Positions 51,311 through 64,000 are shown, counted from the stretch's first letter. The stretch: 64,000 nucleotides of DNA from Balanoglossus misakiensis (GCA_040954595.2 CM082588.2:12526157-12590156), one strand, 5' to 3'. The notes: a model not told the origin generated them from the sequence alone. A program made the numbers and translations.

Positions 51311-51319
51311 GAAAATTCC

Positions 51320-54300
51320 ATCCCAAAATATGGGTGTTTTAATATTAATTTTAAACATAGATATAGAATATAGAAAGTATTTAAAGCCAGAAATCAATAT
51401 TAAAATCGCTTCAAAGCCTTTAATAGGGAACATTTATATTGGAATTGCTTAATAATCATTTTCGTTCAAAATACGCAATGTGAATATAACATCAATTTTA
51501 TATCGTATTGAACATTTTTCGTGAAAAAAATGCGTTTTTTTATACGATTTTTTTTTATATTCCCATAGTGTTATTTCAACATAAATAAGTGTGGAATGCT
51601 CATTGAATCAAATTTATTATCAAAATGTGATATGGAAGAAACATCATTTTAATATCGTATTCAACAGATTTCGAGCCCAAACAATGGATGTTTTGATAAT
51701 ATTATCAAAGAAAGAGAAAGAATGATTAAAAAGTGTTTTTAAGCCTAAAATCCAAAAAAATTGCTTAATAATCATTTTCGTTCAAAATACGCAATATTAT
51801 TTTAAAAAGATTTCTTATCGTATTAAACATTTTTTCGTCCCAAAATATCGGTGTGTTTGAGTTTGAAATCTCTATTTATCAATTTTTATTAAAAATGTGC
51901 GATATGAAGTTCTTGAGCCCGGATAAAGGATGTTTATGTGTTATGTTCAAAGAAAGGTTTTAGAATGATTTAACAGTTGTCCAAAGGCTTAAATAGGGAT
52001 GTAAATATATAGGAATTGCTTATTAAATCATTTCCATTAAAAATACGCTATGTGAATATGACATTGATTTTAAAAGGTATTAAACATTTTTTGTGAAAAA
52101 CTAAAGCGTGTTATAGAAAAAAAATTCAAAAAGGTTTTTAATGGTCCCACATTGTTTTTTAGCCTGAATAAGTGGGTTTGAATTTAAAATGCTTATTGAA
52201 TCGTTTTTATTTAATACATGTGATATGAAACTGACAACGTTTTTATAGTCGTATTGAGCAGTTTTCTTGCCAAATAATGTTTTTTTGTAATACATTCAAA
52301 AGACACTTTAGAATGATTAGAAACCGGTTCAACGCGTCGCAAAATATTTATATTTGAATTGCTTGTTAAATCATTTTCATATTAAATTTTTTTAGCTGAT
52401 TTGATTTTTATTCCATACATATATGGAATCAAAACATCTATTTTATATCAGTTTTTGGAGTTTATAATATTTTCAGATGAAAATTATTCGTAAGCCTAAA
52501 AATATTGGGTGTTTTTGAGTTTGAAATCAGTATATAATAATTTTTATCAAGACGTGCGTTATGGACCAAATATCGTTTTAGTATTGTATTTGAAGTTTTG
52601 TCCACAAATTAATGGTGGTTTTGAATCATATTCAAAGAAATGATTTAGGATGATTTTAAAGTGTTCTGAAGCCTTTAATCTTGTTGCATTCATGTTGAAA
52701 TCGCTTGTTAAAACATTTTCATTTGAAATAAACAATGTGAATAAAAAACGATTAAATACCGAATTAATCACTTAAAGTGAAAGATAATGCGTTTTATATC
52801 AAATTTAAAAGACGGGTTTAATAATGATGTCAGGGTGTTTTTTATGACTAAATAAGTTTGTATTTAACTTTAAAATGCTTTACGGATCATTTTTATTTAA
52901 AACCTGAAATATGGAACAAGCATTGTTTTAGTATAGTATTAAATAGTTTTCATTCCTAAATAATTATTTTTTTATTATATACACAAAGAAAGGTTTAAGA
53001 ATTATATATTACTGTTTTAGAGCTATATGCGTGTATTGATTTATCGATTGTTTATTTAATCATATTTTTTCAAAATATACAATGTGAATAAAATATCGTT
53101 TTAAGCCTAAAATCGATTTGAATTCCAAAAAATCGCTTACTAAATAAATTATTTTCAAAATACGCAATGTTATTATCACATCGATTTTATATCATATTTA
53201 ACATTTTTTCGTCCCAAAATATCGCTTTTAATAAGTGAGGTTTTATAATGATCCAACAGTGTTTTCAAGCCGTAAATAGTTTTTTGAAACGTTAATTGTC
53301 TTTTTTAATATATAAAAGCAATATGGAACATACATCGTTTTTTATGTCGTATTGATTAGTTTTAGTGCCAAAATATTGTGTTTTAGTAATACTTTCAATG
53401 AAAATTTTAGAATGATTAAAAAGTGTTTAAAAGCCTTAAATCGAGAGAAAAATTTTAAAAGGAATTTAAAATGTTTATAATCCTAAATAAGGGTGTGTTT
53501 GAGTTTGAAATCTCTATCTATTAATTTTTATTAAAAATGTGCGAGATGAAGTTCTTGGTCCCGAATATAGGATGGTTTTGTGTTATGTTCAAAGAAAGGT
53601 TTAAGAATGATTTATCAGTTTTCCAAAGGCTTAAATATGGGTGTAAATATATAGAAAATGCTTGTTAAATCATTTCCGTTAAAAATACGCTATATGAATA
53701 TGACATTGATTTTAAAAGGTATTAAACATTTTTTGTGAAATAGATGTTGTTATGTGTTATAGAAAAAAATTTCGAAAGGTTTTTAAAGATCCCACATTGT
53801 TTTTTAGCCTAAATAAGTGGATTTGAATTTAAAATGCTTATTGAATCGTTTTTATTTAATACATGCGATATGAAACTAACAACGTTTTTGTGTCGTATTG
53901 AGCAGTTTTCTTGCCAAATAATGTTTTTTGTAATACATTCAAAAGAGACTTTAGAATGATTAGAAACCGGTTCAACGCCTCGCAAAACATTTATATTGGA
54001 ATTGCTTGTTAAATCATTTTTTTTAGCTTATTTGATATTTATTCAATACATATATAAATTAACACATCTATTTTATATCAGTTTTTGGAGTTTGAAATCA
54101 GTATCTAATAATTTTTATTTAAATGTGCGTTAGGGACCAAACATCGTTTTAGTATTGTATTTAGAGTTTTTGTCCACAAATTAATGGTGGTTTTGTATCA
54201 TATTCAAAGAAATGATTTAGGATGATTTTAAAGTGTTCTGAAGCCTTTAATCTTGTTGCATTCATGTTGAAATCGCTTGTTAAAACATTTTCATTTGAAA

Positions 54301-57300
54301 TTAAAAATGTGAATAAAAAACGATTTAATACCGAATTAATCACTTAAAGTGAAAAATAATGCGTTTTATATCAAATTTCAAAGACGGGTTTAATAATGAT
54401 GTCAGGGTGTTTTTTATGACTAAATAAGTTTGTATTTAACTTTAAAATACATTACGGATCATTTTTCATTTAAAACCTGAATTATGGAACAAGCATTGTT
54501 TTAGTATAGCATTAAAGAGTTTTCATTCCCAAATAATTAGTTTTTTTTTATAATATACACAAAGAAAGATTTAAGAATTATATATTACTGTTTTAGAGCT
54601 ATATGCGTGTATTGATGTATCGATTGTTTATTTAATCATATTTTTTTCAAAATACACAATGTGAATACAATATCTTTTTAAGCATAAAATCGATTTGAAT
54701 TCCAAAAAAATCGCTTACTAAATAAATTATTTTCAAAATACGCAATATTATTATCACATCGATTTTATATCATATTAACAATTTTAAAGTGAGGTTTTTA
54801 AATGATCCAAAAGTGTTTTCATGCCTTAAATAGTTTTTTGAAATGTTTATTGTCTTTTTTAATATAAAAAAGCAATATGGAAAATACATCGTTTTTTATG
54901 TCGTATTGAAAAGTTTTTCTGCCAAAATATTGTGTTTTAGTAATACTTTCAATGAAAGTTTTAGAATGATTAAAAAGTATTTAAAAGCCTTAAATAGAGA
55001 GAAAAATTTTAAAAGGAATTTAGAATGTTTATAATCCTAAATAAGGGTGTGTTTGAGTTTGAAACCTCTATCTATTAATTTTTATTAAAAATGTGCGAGA
55101 TGAAGTTCTTGGTCCTGAATATAGGATGGTTTTGTGTTATGTTCAAAGAAAGGTTTTAGAATGATTTAACCTTTTTTTCAAAGGCTTAAATATGGGTGTA
55201 AATATATAGAAATTGCTTTTTAAATCATTTCCGTTAAAAATACGCTATATGAATATGACATTGATTTTAAAAGGTATTAAACATTTTTTGTGAAAAACTA
55301 AAGCGTGTTATAGAAAAAAAATTCAAAAAGGTTTTTAATGGTCCCACATTGTTTTTTAGCCTAAATAAGTGGATTTGAATTTAAAATGCTTATTGAATCG
55401 TTTTTATTTAATACATGCGATATGAAACTAACAACGTTTTTGTGTCGTATTGAGCAGTTTTCTTGCCAAATAATGTTTTTTGTAATACATTCAAAAGAGA
55501 CTTTAGAATGATTAGAAACCGGTTCAACGCCTCGCAAAACATTTATATTGGAATTGCTTGTTAAATCATTTTTTTTAGCTTATTTGATATTTATTCAATA
55601 CATATATAAATTAACACATCTATTTTATATCAGTTTTTGGAGTTTGAAATCAGTATCTAATAATTTTTATTTAAATGTGCGTTATGGACCAAACATCGTT
55701 TTAGTATTGTATTTAAAGTTTTTGTCCACAAATTAATGGTGGTTTTGTATCATATTCAAAGAAATGATTTAGGATGATTTTAAAGTGTTCTGAAGCCTTT
55801 AATCTTGTTGCATTCATGTTGAAATCGCTTGTTAAAACATTTTCATTTGAAATTAAAAATGTGAATAAAAAACGATTTAATACCGAATTAATCACTTAAA
55901 GTGAAAAATAATGCGTTTTATATCAAATTTCAAAGACGGGTTTAATAATGATGTCAGGGTGTTTTTTATGAGTAAATAAGTTTGTATTTAACTTTAAAAT
56001 ACATTACGGATCATTTTTCATTTAAAACCTGAATTATGGAACAAGCATTGTTTTAGTATAGTATTAAAGAGTTTTCATTCCCAAATAATTAGTTTTTTTT
56101 TATAATATACACAAAGAAAGATTTAAGAATTATATATTACTGTTTTAGAGCTATATGCGTGTATTGATGTATCGATTGTTTATTTAATCATATTTTTTTC
56201 AAAATACACAATGTGAATACAATATCTTTTTAAGCATAAAATCGATTTGAATTCCAAAAAAATCGCTTACTAAATAAATTATTTTCAAAATACGCAATAT
56301 TATTATCACATCGATTTTATATCATATTAACAATTTTAAAGTGAGGTTTTAAAATGATCCAAAAGTGTTTTCATGCCTTAAATAGTTTTTTGAAATGTTT
56401 ATTGTCTTTTTTAATATAAAAAAGCAATATGGAAAATACATCGTTTTTTATGTCGTATTGAAAAGTTTTTCTGCCAAAATATTGTGTTTTAGTAATACTT
56501 TCAATGAAAGTTTTAGAATGATTAAAAAGTATTTAAAAGCCTTAAATAGAGAGAAAAATTTTAAAAGGAATTTAGAATGTTTATAATCCTAAATAAGGGT
56601 GTGTTTGAGTTTGAAACCTCTATCTATTAATTTTTATTAAAAATGTGCGAGATGAAGTTCTTGGTCCTGAATATAGGATGGTTTTGTGTTATGTTCAAAG
56701 AAAGGTTTTAGAATGATTTAACCTTTTTTTCAAAGGCTTAAATATGGGTGTAAATATATAGAAATTGCTTTTTAAATCATTTCCGTTAAAAATACGCTAT
56801 ATGAATATGACATTGATTTTAAAAGGTATTAAGCATTTTTTGTGAAAAACTTAAGCGTGTTATAGAAAAAAAATTCAAAAGGTTTTTAAAAGATCCCACA
56901 TTGTTTTTTAGCCTAAATGAGTGGTTTTGAATTTAAAATCTTATTGAATCGTTTTTATTTAATACATGCGATATGAAACTAACAACGTTTTTGTGTCGTA
57001 GTGAGCAGTTTTCTTGCCAAATAATGTTTTTTTGTAATACATTCAAAAGAGACTTTAGAATAATTAGAAACCGGTTTAATGCCTCGGAAAACATTTATAT
57101 TGGAATTGCTTGTAAAATCATTTTTTTAGCTTATTTGATATTTATTCAATACATATATAAATCAAAACATCTATTTTATATCAGTTTTTGGAGTTTGAAA
57201 TCAGTATATAATAATTTTTATTAAAACGTGCGTTATGGACCAAACATCGTTTTAGTATTGTCCACAAATTAATGGTAGTTTTGTATCATATTCAAAGAAA

Positions 57301-57840
57301 TGATTTAGAATGATTTTTAAGTGTTCTCAAGCCTTTAATCATGTTGCATTCATGTTGAAATCGCTTGTTTAAACATTTTCATTTGAAATAAACAATGTGA
57401 TTAAAAAACGATTTTATACCGAATCAAACCCTTCAAGTGAAAAATAATGCGTTTTATATCAAATTTTAAAAACGGGTTTAATAAAGATCTCAGGATGTTT
57501 TTTATGACTAAATAAGTTTGTATTTAACTTTAAAATGCTTTACGGATCATTTTCATTTAAAACCTGAAATATAGAACAAGCATTGTTATAGTATATTATT
57601 AAAGTTTTTTATTATTAGTTTTTTTTTATAATATATACAAAGAAAGGTTAAAGAATTATAAGTTACTGTTTTGGAGCTTTAAATATGCGTGTATTGATGT
57701 ATCGGTGGTTTATTTAATCACATTTTTTCAAAATAAACAATGTGAATAAAACATCTTTTTATACCTTATTAAATAGTTTTTTTCATCAAAATGAGGGGTG
57801 TTTTATAGTATTTTCGACAAAAAAATTGATTTCAATGTTT
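51320..57840 (+). repeat. Satellite III: AT-rich ~1.55-kb tandem repeat, about 4 units, with degenerate internal subrepeats
   Basis: Identical spurious ORFs at 54161/55713 and 54843/56395 (offset 1552); related ORF at 52559; motif ttcaaagaaa..tttagaatgatt recurs within each unit. Confidence 0.95.
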
Positions 57841-57959
57841 TAAGCCTATTCATGTTGATTTCCTTTGTTTTGAAGCATAAATAAATACATTTTATTAATT
57901 AGCTGGCAGAGGGAATTTGTAGGAGTTTGTATTATTGACAGAAGTGAGTTCTTCCATGG

Positions 57960-58800
57960 TCATTATCTTTGGTCGCGTTTAAAAATTGTAGGTTTTGGTT
58001 CGTAATAGCGTTTTGGTGTTGTTTAGTTCGGTATGCGTTTCGATTTAGGCCAATCTTTACGTTAAGATTTTTTGGGTGGTCTTCGAGTATTGGGTAATGA
58101 TAGGGCTAGGGTCAATTTTGACTTGGTTTGGGATGTTTGAGTTATGATAGGTTGGGTGACTGCCAGGATTTAAATTTGTGGTGGGTCTTGTGCGGTTTTG
58201 GGGATGGAGATCGGGGTGGTGATAGGGAGGCATGGGAATATGTTGGGGTAAAGTTGGCTGGTAGTGGTGATAGCTGACAAGGTAGTGAGCCTTAGTTGAA
58301 ATTGAGAGTTGGATCTGTGATTGGTGTTTGAGTTATAACGTATTTTTTAAGAGTATAATTCTGGGATTTACTTCGGATTGAGGTTTGAGGTAAGAAGTGG
58401 ATTGGTTCGGTTAAGGTGGGGTCCCAGTAAGGATTAGGTTTCGGGATGAGTTTGGAAGGATGATATATTGGATCAAATCTTTGGTCACCTATTTTCTACA
58501 CATGGAAGGTTTTGGTTTGTAATAGAGTCCTGATGTTGTATTGTTAGTGTGGCAGAGTTTGGATTTGGATGCCAATCTTTAAGTTAAGTGTTATTTCGTT
58601 GGCCGTCGGGTATTGATGTTTGGCTTGGGTGATGATAGGTGAGCTAGGGCTATTTTGATTTGGTTTGGATTGTTTGGGTTATAATAGGTTGGGTGACTGC
58701 CAGAATTTAAATTTGTGGGTGGTGTAAGGTGTGGTGTAAGAGATGGAGGCATTATGGGTTCTTGTTCGGTTTTGGTGAAGGATGCCAGGGTGGTGATGGG
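57960..58800 (-). repeat. Satellite II, inverted (about 1.5 units)
   Basis: cagtaaggattaggtttcgggatgag (about 58425) and gatagctgacaaggt are reverse complements of Sat-II anchors. Confidence 0.92.
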
Positions 58801-58808
58801 GGGGGGGG

Positions 58809-60660
58809 CTTCAACTCTAATCCTTGACCCATGACCCTTGATCCTTGATCTCCAACTCTTGAACTCTAATCCTTAACACTTGACCTTTGACCCATCAACC
58901 CTTGACCCCTTAACTCAAACTTTTTAACCTTTGAACTCCTACCCTTGACCTTTGACTGTTGAACTACAACCTTTGACCCTTGAACTCTATCACTTGACCA
59001 TTAAACTCTAATACTTGGCTACTGACTATTGGTCCCTTGACCTTTGAACCTTGACCTCTGACCCTTGAACCTTAAACCTTTGACCTTTGAACTCTAACCC
59101 TTGACACTTGAACCCTTGACCATTAAACTTTAACGCTTGAAAACAGACCGTTGACCCTTGATCTTCAACTGTTGAACCCTAACCCTTGACCTTTGAACCT
59201 TCAACTCTAACCCTTGACCCTTGACCTCTTGACCTTAACTCCAACTTCTGACTTTTGAACTCTAACTCTTGACCTTTGACCCTTGACCTTTGACCCTTGA
59301 AATGTAACCTTTGACCCTTGATCCTTGATCTCCATCTCTTGAACTCTGACCCTTGACTCTTGACCTCTTGACCTTAACTCCAACTTTTGACTTTTGAACT
59401 CTGACCCTTGACCTTTGACCCTTGACCTTCGACCCTTGAAATCTAACCTTTGACCCTTGACACTTTGACCGCTTGATCCTAGATCTCCAACCCTTGAACT
59501 CTAACCCTTGACCTTTGAACTTTCAAAACTACCCCCTGACCCTTGATCTCTTAAACTTAACTCCAACTTTTTACTTTTGAACACTAACCTTGACCTTTGA
59601 CCCTTGAACTATAACCTTTGACCCTTGAACTATATCACTTAAACTCTAATACTTGGCCACTGACTCTTGGTCCCTTGACCCTTGACCCTTGCAACTTTGA
59701 CCCTTGAAATCTAATCTTTGACCCCTTGAACCTTGATCTCCAACTCTTGAACTCTAATCCTTGACCTTTGAACCTTCAACTCTAACCCTTGACCCTTGAC
59801 CTCTTGACCTTAACTCCAACTTTTGACTTTTGAACTCTAACCCTTGACCTTTGACCCTTGACCCTTGACCTTTGACCCATGAAATCTATCCTTTGACCCT
59901 CCAACTCTTGAACTCTAACCCATGACCTTTGAACCTTCAACTCTAACCCTTGACTCTTGACCTCTTGACCTTAATTCCAACTTTTGACTTTTGAACTCGA
60001 ACCCTTGACCTTTGAGCCTTGACCCCTTGAACCTTGATCTCCAACTCTTGAACTCTAACCCTTGACCTTTGAACATTCAACTCTAACCCAAGACCCTTGA
60101 CCTCTTGACCTTAACTCCAACTTTTGACTTTTGAACTCTAACCCTTGACCTTTGACCCTTTAAATGTAACCTTTGACCTTTGACCCCTTGATCCTTGATC
60201 TCCAACTCTTGAACTCTAACCCTTGACCTTTGACCCTTGAACTATATCACTTAAACTCTAATACTTGGCCACTGACTCTTGGTCTCTTGACCCTTGACCC
60301 TTGCAACTTTGACCCTTGAAATCTAACATTTGACCCTTGACCCTTTGACGCCATGATCCTTGATCTCCAACTCTTGAACTCTAATCCTTGACCTTTGAAC
60401 CTTCAACTCTAACCCTTGACCCTTGACCTAAACTCCAACTTTTGGCTTTTGACCTTTGACCCTTGAAATCTAACCTTTGACCCTTGACCCTTTGACCCCT
60501 TGATCCTTGATCTCCAATTCTTGAACTCTAACCCTTGACTCTTGACCTCTTTACCTTAACTCCAACTTTTGACTTTTGAACTCTAACCCTTGACCTTTGA
60601 CCCTTGAAATCTAACCTTGACCCTTGACATTTTGACCGCTTGATCCTAGATCTCCAACTC
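58809..60660 (-). repeat. Satellite I, inverted (C-rich on + strand)
   Basis: ttgacccttgaactctaacccttgacctttgaccc is the reverse complement of the Sat-I core. Confidence 0.95.
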
Positions 60661-60914
60661 TTAGGGGTTAGGGGTTAGGGGTTAGGGGTTAGGGGTTAGG
60701 GTTAGGGGTTAGGGGTTAGGGGTTAGGGTTAGGGTTAGGGTTAGGGTTAGGGTTAGGGTTAGGGTTAGGGTTGGGGTTAGGGTTAGGGTTGGGGTTGGGG
60801 TTGGGGTTGGGGTTGGGGTTGGGGTTGGGGTTGGGGTTAGGGTTGGGGTTGGGGTTAGGGTTGGGGTTGGGGTTAGGGTTGGGGTTGGGGTTAGGGTTGG
60901 GGTTAGGGTTGGGG
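60661..60914 (+). repeat. Proximal telomere variant-repeat zone (TTAGGGG then TTGGGG mixed with TTAGGG)
   Basis: Eight TTAGGGG and one TTAGGG in 60661-60722; TTGGGG-rich in 60771-60914. Confidence 0.9.
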
Positions 60915-63726
60915 TTAGGGTTAGGGTTAGGGTTAGGGTTAGGGTTAGGGTTAGGGTTAGGGTTAGGGTTAGGGTTAGGGTTAGGGTTAGGGTTAGGGTT
61001 AGGGTTAGGGTTAGGGTTAGGGTTAGGGTTAGGGTTAGGGTTAGGGTTAGGGTTAGGGTTAGGGTTAGGGTTAGGGTTAGGGTTAGGGTTAGGGTTAGGG
61101 TTAGGGTTAGGGTTAGGGTTAGGGTTAGGGTTAGGGTTAGGGTTAGGGTTAGGGTTAGGGTTAGGGTTAGGGTTAGGGTTAGGGTTAGGGTTAGGGTTAG
61201 GGTTAGGGTTAGGGTTAGGGTTAGGGTTAGGGTTAGGGTTAGGGTTAGGGTTAGGGTTAGGGTTAGGGTTAGGGTTAGGGTTAGGGTTAGGGTTAGGGTT
61301 AGGGTTAGGGTTAGGGTTAGGGTTAGGGTTAGGGTTAGGGTTAGGGTTAGGGTTAGGGTTAGGGTTAGGGTTAGGGTTAGGGTTAGGGTTAGGGTTAGGG
61401 TTAGGGTTAGGGTTAGGGTTAGGGTTAGGGTTAGGGTTAGGGTTAGGGTTAGGGTTAGGGTTAGGGTTAGGGTTAGGGTTAGGGTTAGGGTTAGGGTTAG
61501 GGTTAGGGTTAGGGTTAGGGTTAGGGTTAGGGTTAGGGTTAGGGTTAGGGTTAGGGTTAGGGTTAGGGTTAGGGTTAGGGTTAGGGTTAGGGTTAGGGTT
61601 AGGGTTAGGGTTAGGGTTAGGGTTAGGGTTAGGGTTAGGGTTAGGGTTAGGGTTAGGGTTAGGGTTAGGGTTAGGGTTAGGGTTAGGGTTAGGGTTAGGG
61701 TTAGGGTTAGGGTTAGGGTTAGGGTTAGGGTTAGGGTTAGGGTTAGGGTTAGGGTTAGGGTTAGGGTTAGGGTTAGGGTTAGGGTTAGGGTTAGGGTTAG
61801 GGTTAGGGTTAGGGTTAGGGTTAGGGTTAGGGTTAGGGTTAGGGTTAGGGTTAGGGTTAGGGTTAGGGTTAGGGTTAGGGTTAGGGTTAGGGTTAGGGTT
61901 AGGGTTAGGGTTAGGGTTAGGGTTAGGGTTAGGGTTAGGGTTAGGGTTAGGGTTAGGGTTAGGGTTAGGGTTAGGGTTAGGGTTAGGGTTAGGGTTAGGG
62001 TTAGGGTTAGGGTTAGGGTTAGGGTTAGGGTTAGGGTTAGGGTTAGGGTTAGGGTTAGGGTTAGGGTTAGGGTTAGGGTTAGGGTTAGGGTTAGGGTTAG
62101 GGTTAGGGTTAGGGTTAGGGTTAGGGTTAGGGTTAGGGTTAGGGTTAGGGTTAGGGTTAGGGTTAGGGTTAGGGTTAGGGTTAGGGTTAGGGTTAGGGTT
62201 AGGGTTAGGGTTAGGGTTAGGGTTAGGGTTAGGGTTAGGGTTAGGGTTAGGGTTAGGGTTAGGGTTAGGGTTAGGGTTAGGGTTAGGGTTAGGGTTAGGG
62301 TTAGGGTTAGGGTTAGGGTTAGGGTTAGGGTTAGGGTTAGGGTTAGGGTTAGGGTTAGGGTTAGGGTTAGGGTTAGGGTTAGGGTTAGGGTTAGGGTTAG
62401 GGTTAGGGTTAGGGTTAGGGTTAGGGTTAGGGTTAGGGTTAGGGTTAGGGTTAGGGTTAGGGTTAGGGTTAGGGTTAGGGTTAGGGTTAGGGTTAGGGTT
62501 AGGGTTAGGGTTAGGGTTAGGGTTAGGGTTAGGGTTAGGGTTAGGGTTAGGGTTAGGGTTAGGGTTAGGGTTAGGGTTAGGGTTAGGGTTAGGGTTAGGG
62601 TTAGGGTTAGGGTTAGGGTTAGGGTTAGGGTTAGGGTTAGGGTTAGGGTTAGGGTTAGGGTTAGGGTTAGGGTTAGGGTTAGGGTTAGGGTTAGGGTTAG
62701 GGTTAGGGTTAGGGTTAGGGTTAGGGTTAGGGTTAGGGTTAGGGTTAGGGTTAGGGTTAGGGTTAGGGTTAGGGTTAGGGTTAGGGTTAGGGTTAGGGTT
62801 AGGGTTAGGGTTAGGGTTAGGGTTAGGGTTAGGGTTAGGGTTAGGGTTAGGGTTAGGGTTAGGGTTAGGGTTAGGGTTAGGGTTAGGGTTAGGGTTAGGG
62901 TTAGGGTTAGGGTTAGGGTTAGGGTTAGGGTTAGGGTTAGGGTTAGGGTTAGGGTTAGGGTTAGGGTTAGGGTTAGGGTTAGGGTTAGGGTTAGGGTTAG
63001 GGTTAGGGTTAGGGTTAGGGTTAGGGTTAGGGTTAGGGTTAGGGTTAGGGTTAGGGTTAGGGTTAGGGTTAGGGTTAGGGTTAGGGTTAGGGTTAGGGTT
63101 AGGGTTAGGGTTAGGGTTAGGGTTAGGGTTAGGGTTAGGGTTAGGGTTAGGGTTAGGTTAGGGTTAGGGTTAGGGTTAGGGTTAGGGTTAGGGTTAGGGT
63201 TAGGGTTAGGGTTAGGGTTAGGGTTAGGGTTAGGGTTAGGGTAGGTTAGGGTTAGGGTTAGGGTTAGGGTTAGGGTTAGGGTTAGGGTTAGGGTTAGGGT
63301 TAGGGTTAGGGTTAGGGTTAGGGTTAGGGTTAGGGTTAGGGTTAGGGTTAGGGTTAGGGTTAGGGTTAGGGTTAGGGTTAGGGTTAGGGTTAGGGTTAGG
63401 GTTAGGGTTAGGGTTAGGGTGTTAGGGTTAGGGTTAGGGTTAGGTTAGGGTTAGGGTTAGGGTTAGGGTTAGGGTTAGGGTTAGGGTTAGGGTTAGGGTT
63501 AGGGTTAGGGTTAGGGTTAGGGTTAGGGTTAGGGTTAGGGTTAGGGTTAGGGTTAGGGTTAGGGTTAGGGTTAGGTTAGGGTTAGGGTTAGGGTTAGGGT
63601 TAGGGTTAGGGTTAGGGTTAGGGTTAGGGTTAGGGTTAGGGTTAGGGTTAGGGTTAGGGTTAGGGTTAGGGTTAGGGTTAGGGTTAGGGTTAGGGTTAGG
63701 GTTAGGGGTTAGGTTAGTTAGGGTTT

Positions 63727-63764
<38 letters not shown>

Positions 63765-64000
63765 GGTTAGGGTTAGGGTTATGGTTAGGGTTAGGGTTAG
63801 GGTTAGGGTTAGGGTTAGGGTTAGGGTTAGGGTTAGGTTAGGGTTAGGGTTAGGGTTAGGGTTAGGGTTAGGGTTAGGTTAGGGTTAGGGTTAGGGTTAG
63901 GGTTAGGGTTAGGGTTAGGGTTAGGGTTAGGGTTAGGGGTAGGGTTAGGGGTAGGTTAGGGTTAGGGGTTAGGGTTAGGGTTAGGGTTAGGGTTAGGGTT
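60915..64000 (+). repeat. Telomere (TTAGGG)n
   Basis: About 3.1 kb of near-perfect TTAGGG running to the window end; G-strand 5'->3' toward the end. Confidence 0.99.

Noticed and set aside
52101-57224. Repeated 60-80 aa ORFs in the AT-rich region
   Set aside because: They recur only because the 1,552-bp unit is duplicated; no domain features
60771-63161. 796-aa (GL)n ORF
   Set aside because: Translation of TTAGGG/TTGGGG repeats; not a gene
63150-64000. Distal telomere variants (TTAGG, GTAGG, TTATGG)
   Set aside because: Sporadic and increasing toward the end; most likely low-coverage consensus errors

Overview
Eukaryotic (metazoan, probably marine invertebrate; taxon not determinable) right-hand chromosome end with three zones. 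(1) 1-37.4 kb is a tandem segmental duplication (period 19,426 bp, roughly 3% divergent by eye count over the first 600 bp). It carries a decayed intron-containing gene for an extracellular cysteine-rich protein: Ephrin_rec_like/GCC2_GCC3-type exons plus about 15 distinct phase-1/1 exons, each encoding an unusual 8-cysteine EGF-like module. Introns hold Gypsy, L2/CR1, Tx1-like, piggyBac-type, Kolobok-type and Helentron-like remnants, several present in only one copy. (2) 37.5-60.66 kb is a ~23-kb subtelomere arranged as a diverged mirror image: Sat-I > Sat-II > Sat-III | Sat-III < Sat-II < Sat-I, with the centre near 51,315. Sat-I is a 7-nt-period RGKTYAR array (nuclear-receptor DR1-like, telomere-like), Sat-II is a ~590-bp C/A-rich repeat and Sat-III is a ~1.55-kb AT-rich repeat. 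(3) 60,661-64,000 is a (TTAGGG)n telomere joined abruptly to the C-rich strand of Sat-I through TTAGGGG and TTGGGG variant zones. No intact protein-coding gene is supported. Most ORF-track entries are spurious or TE/exon fragments.
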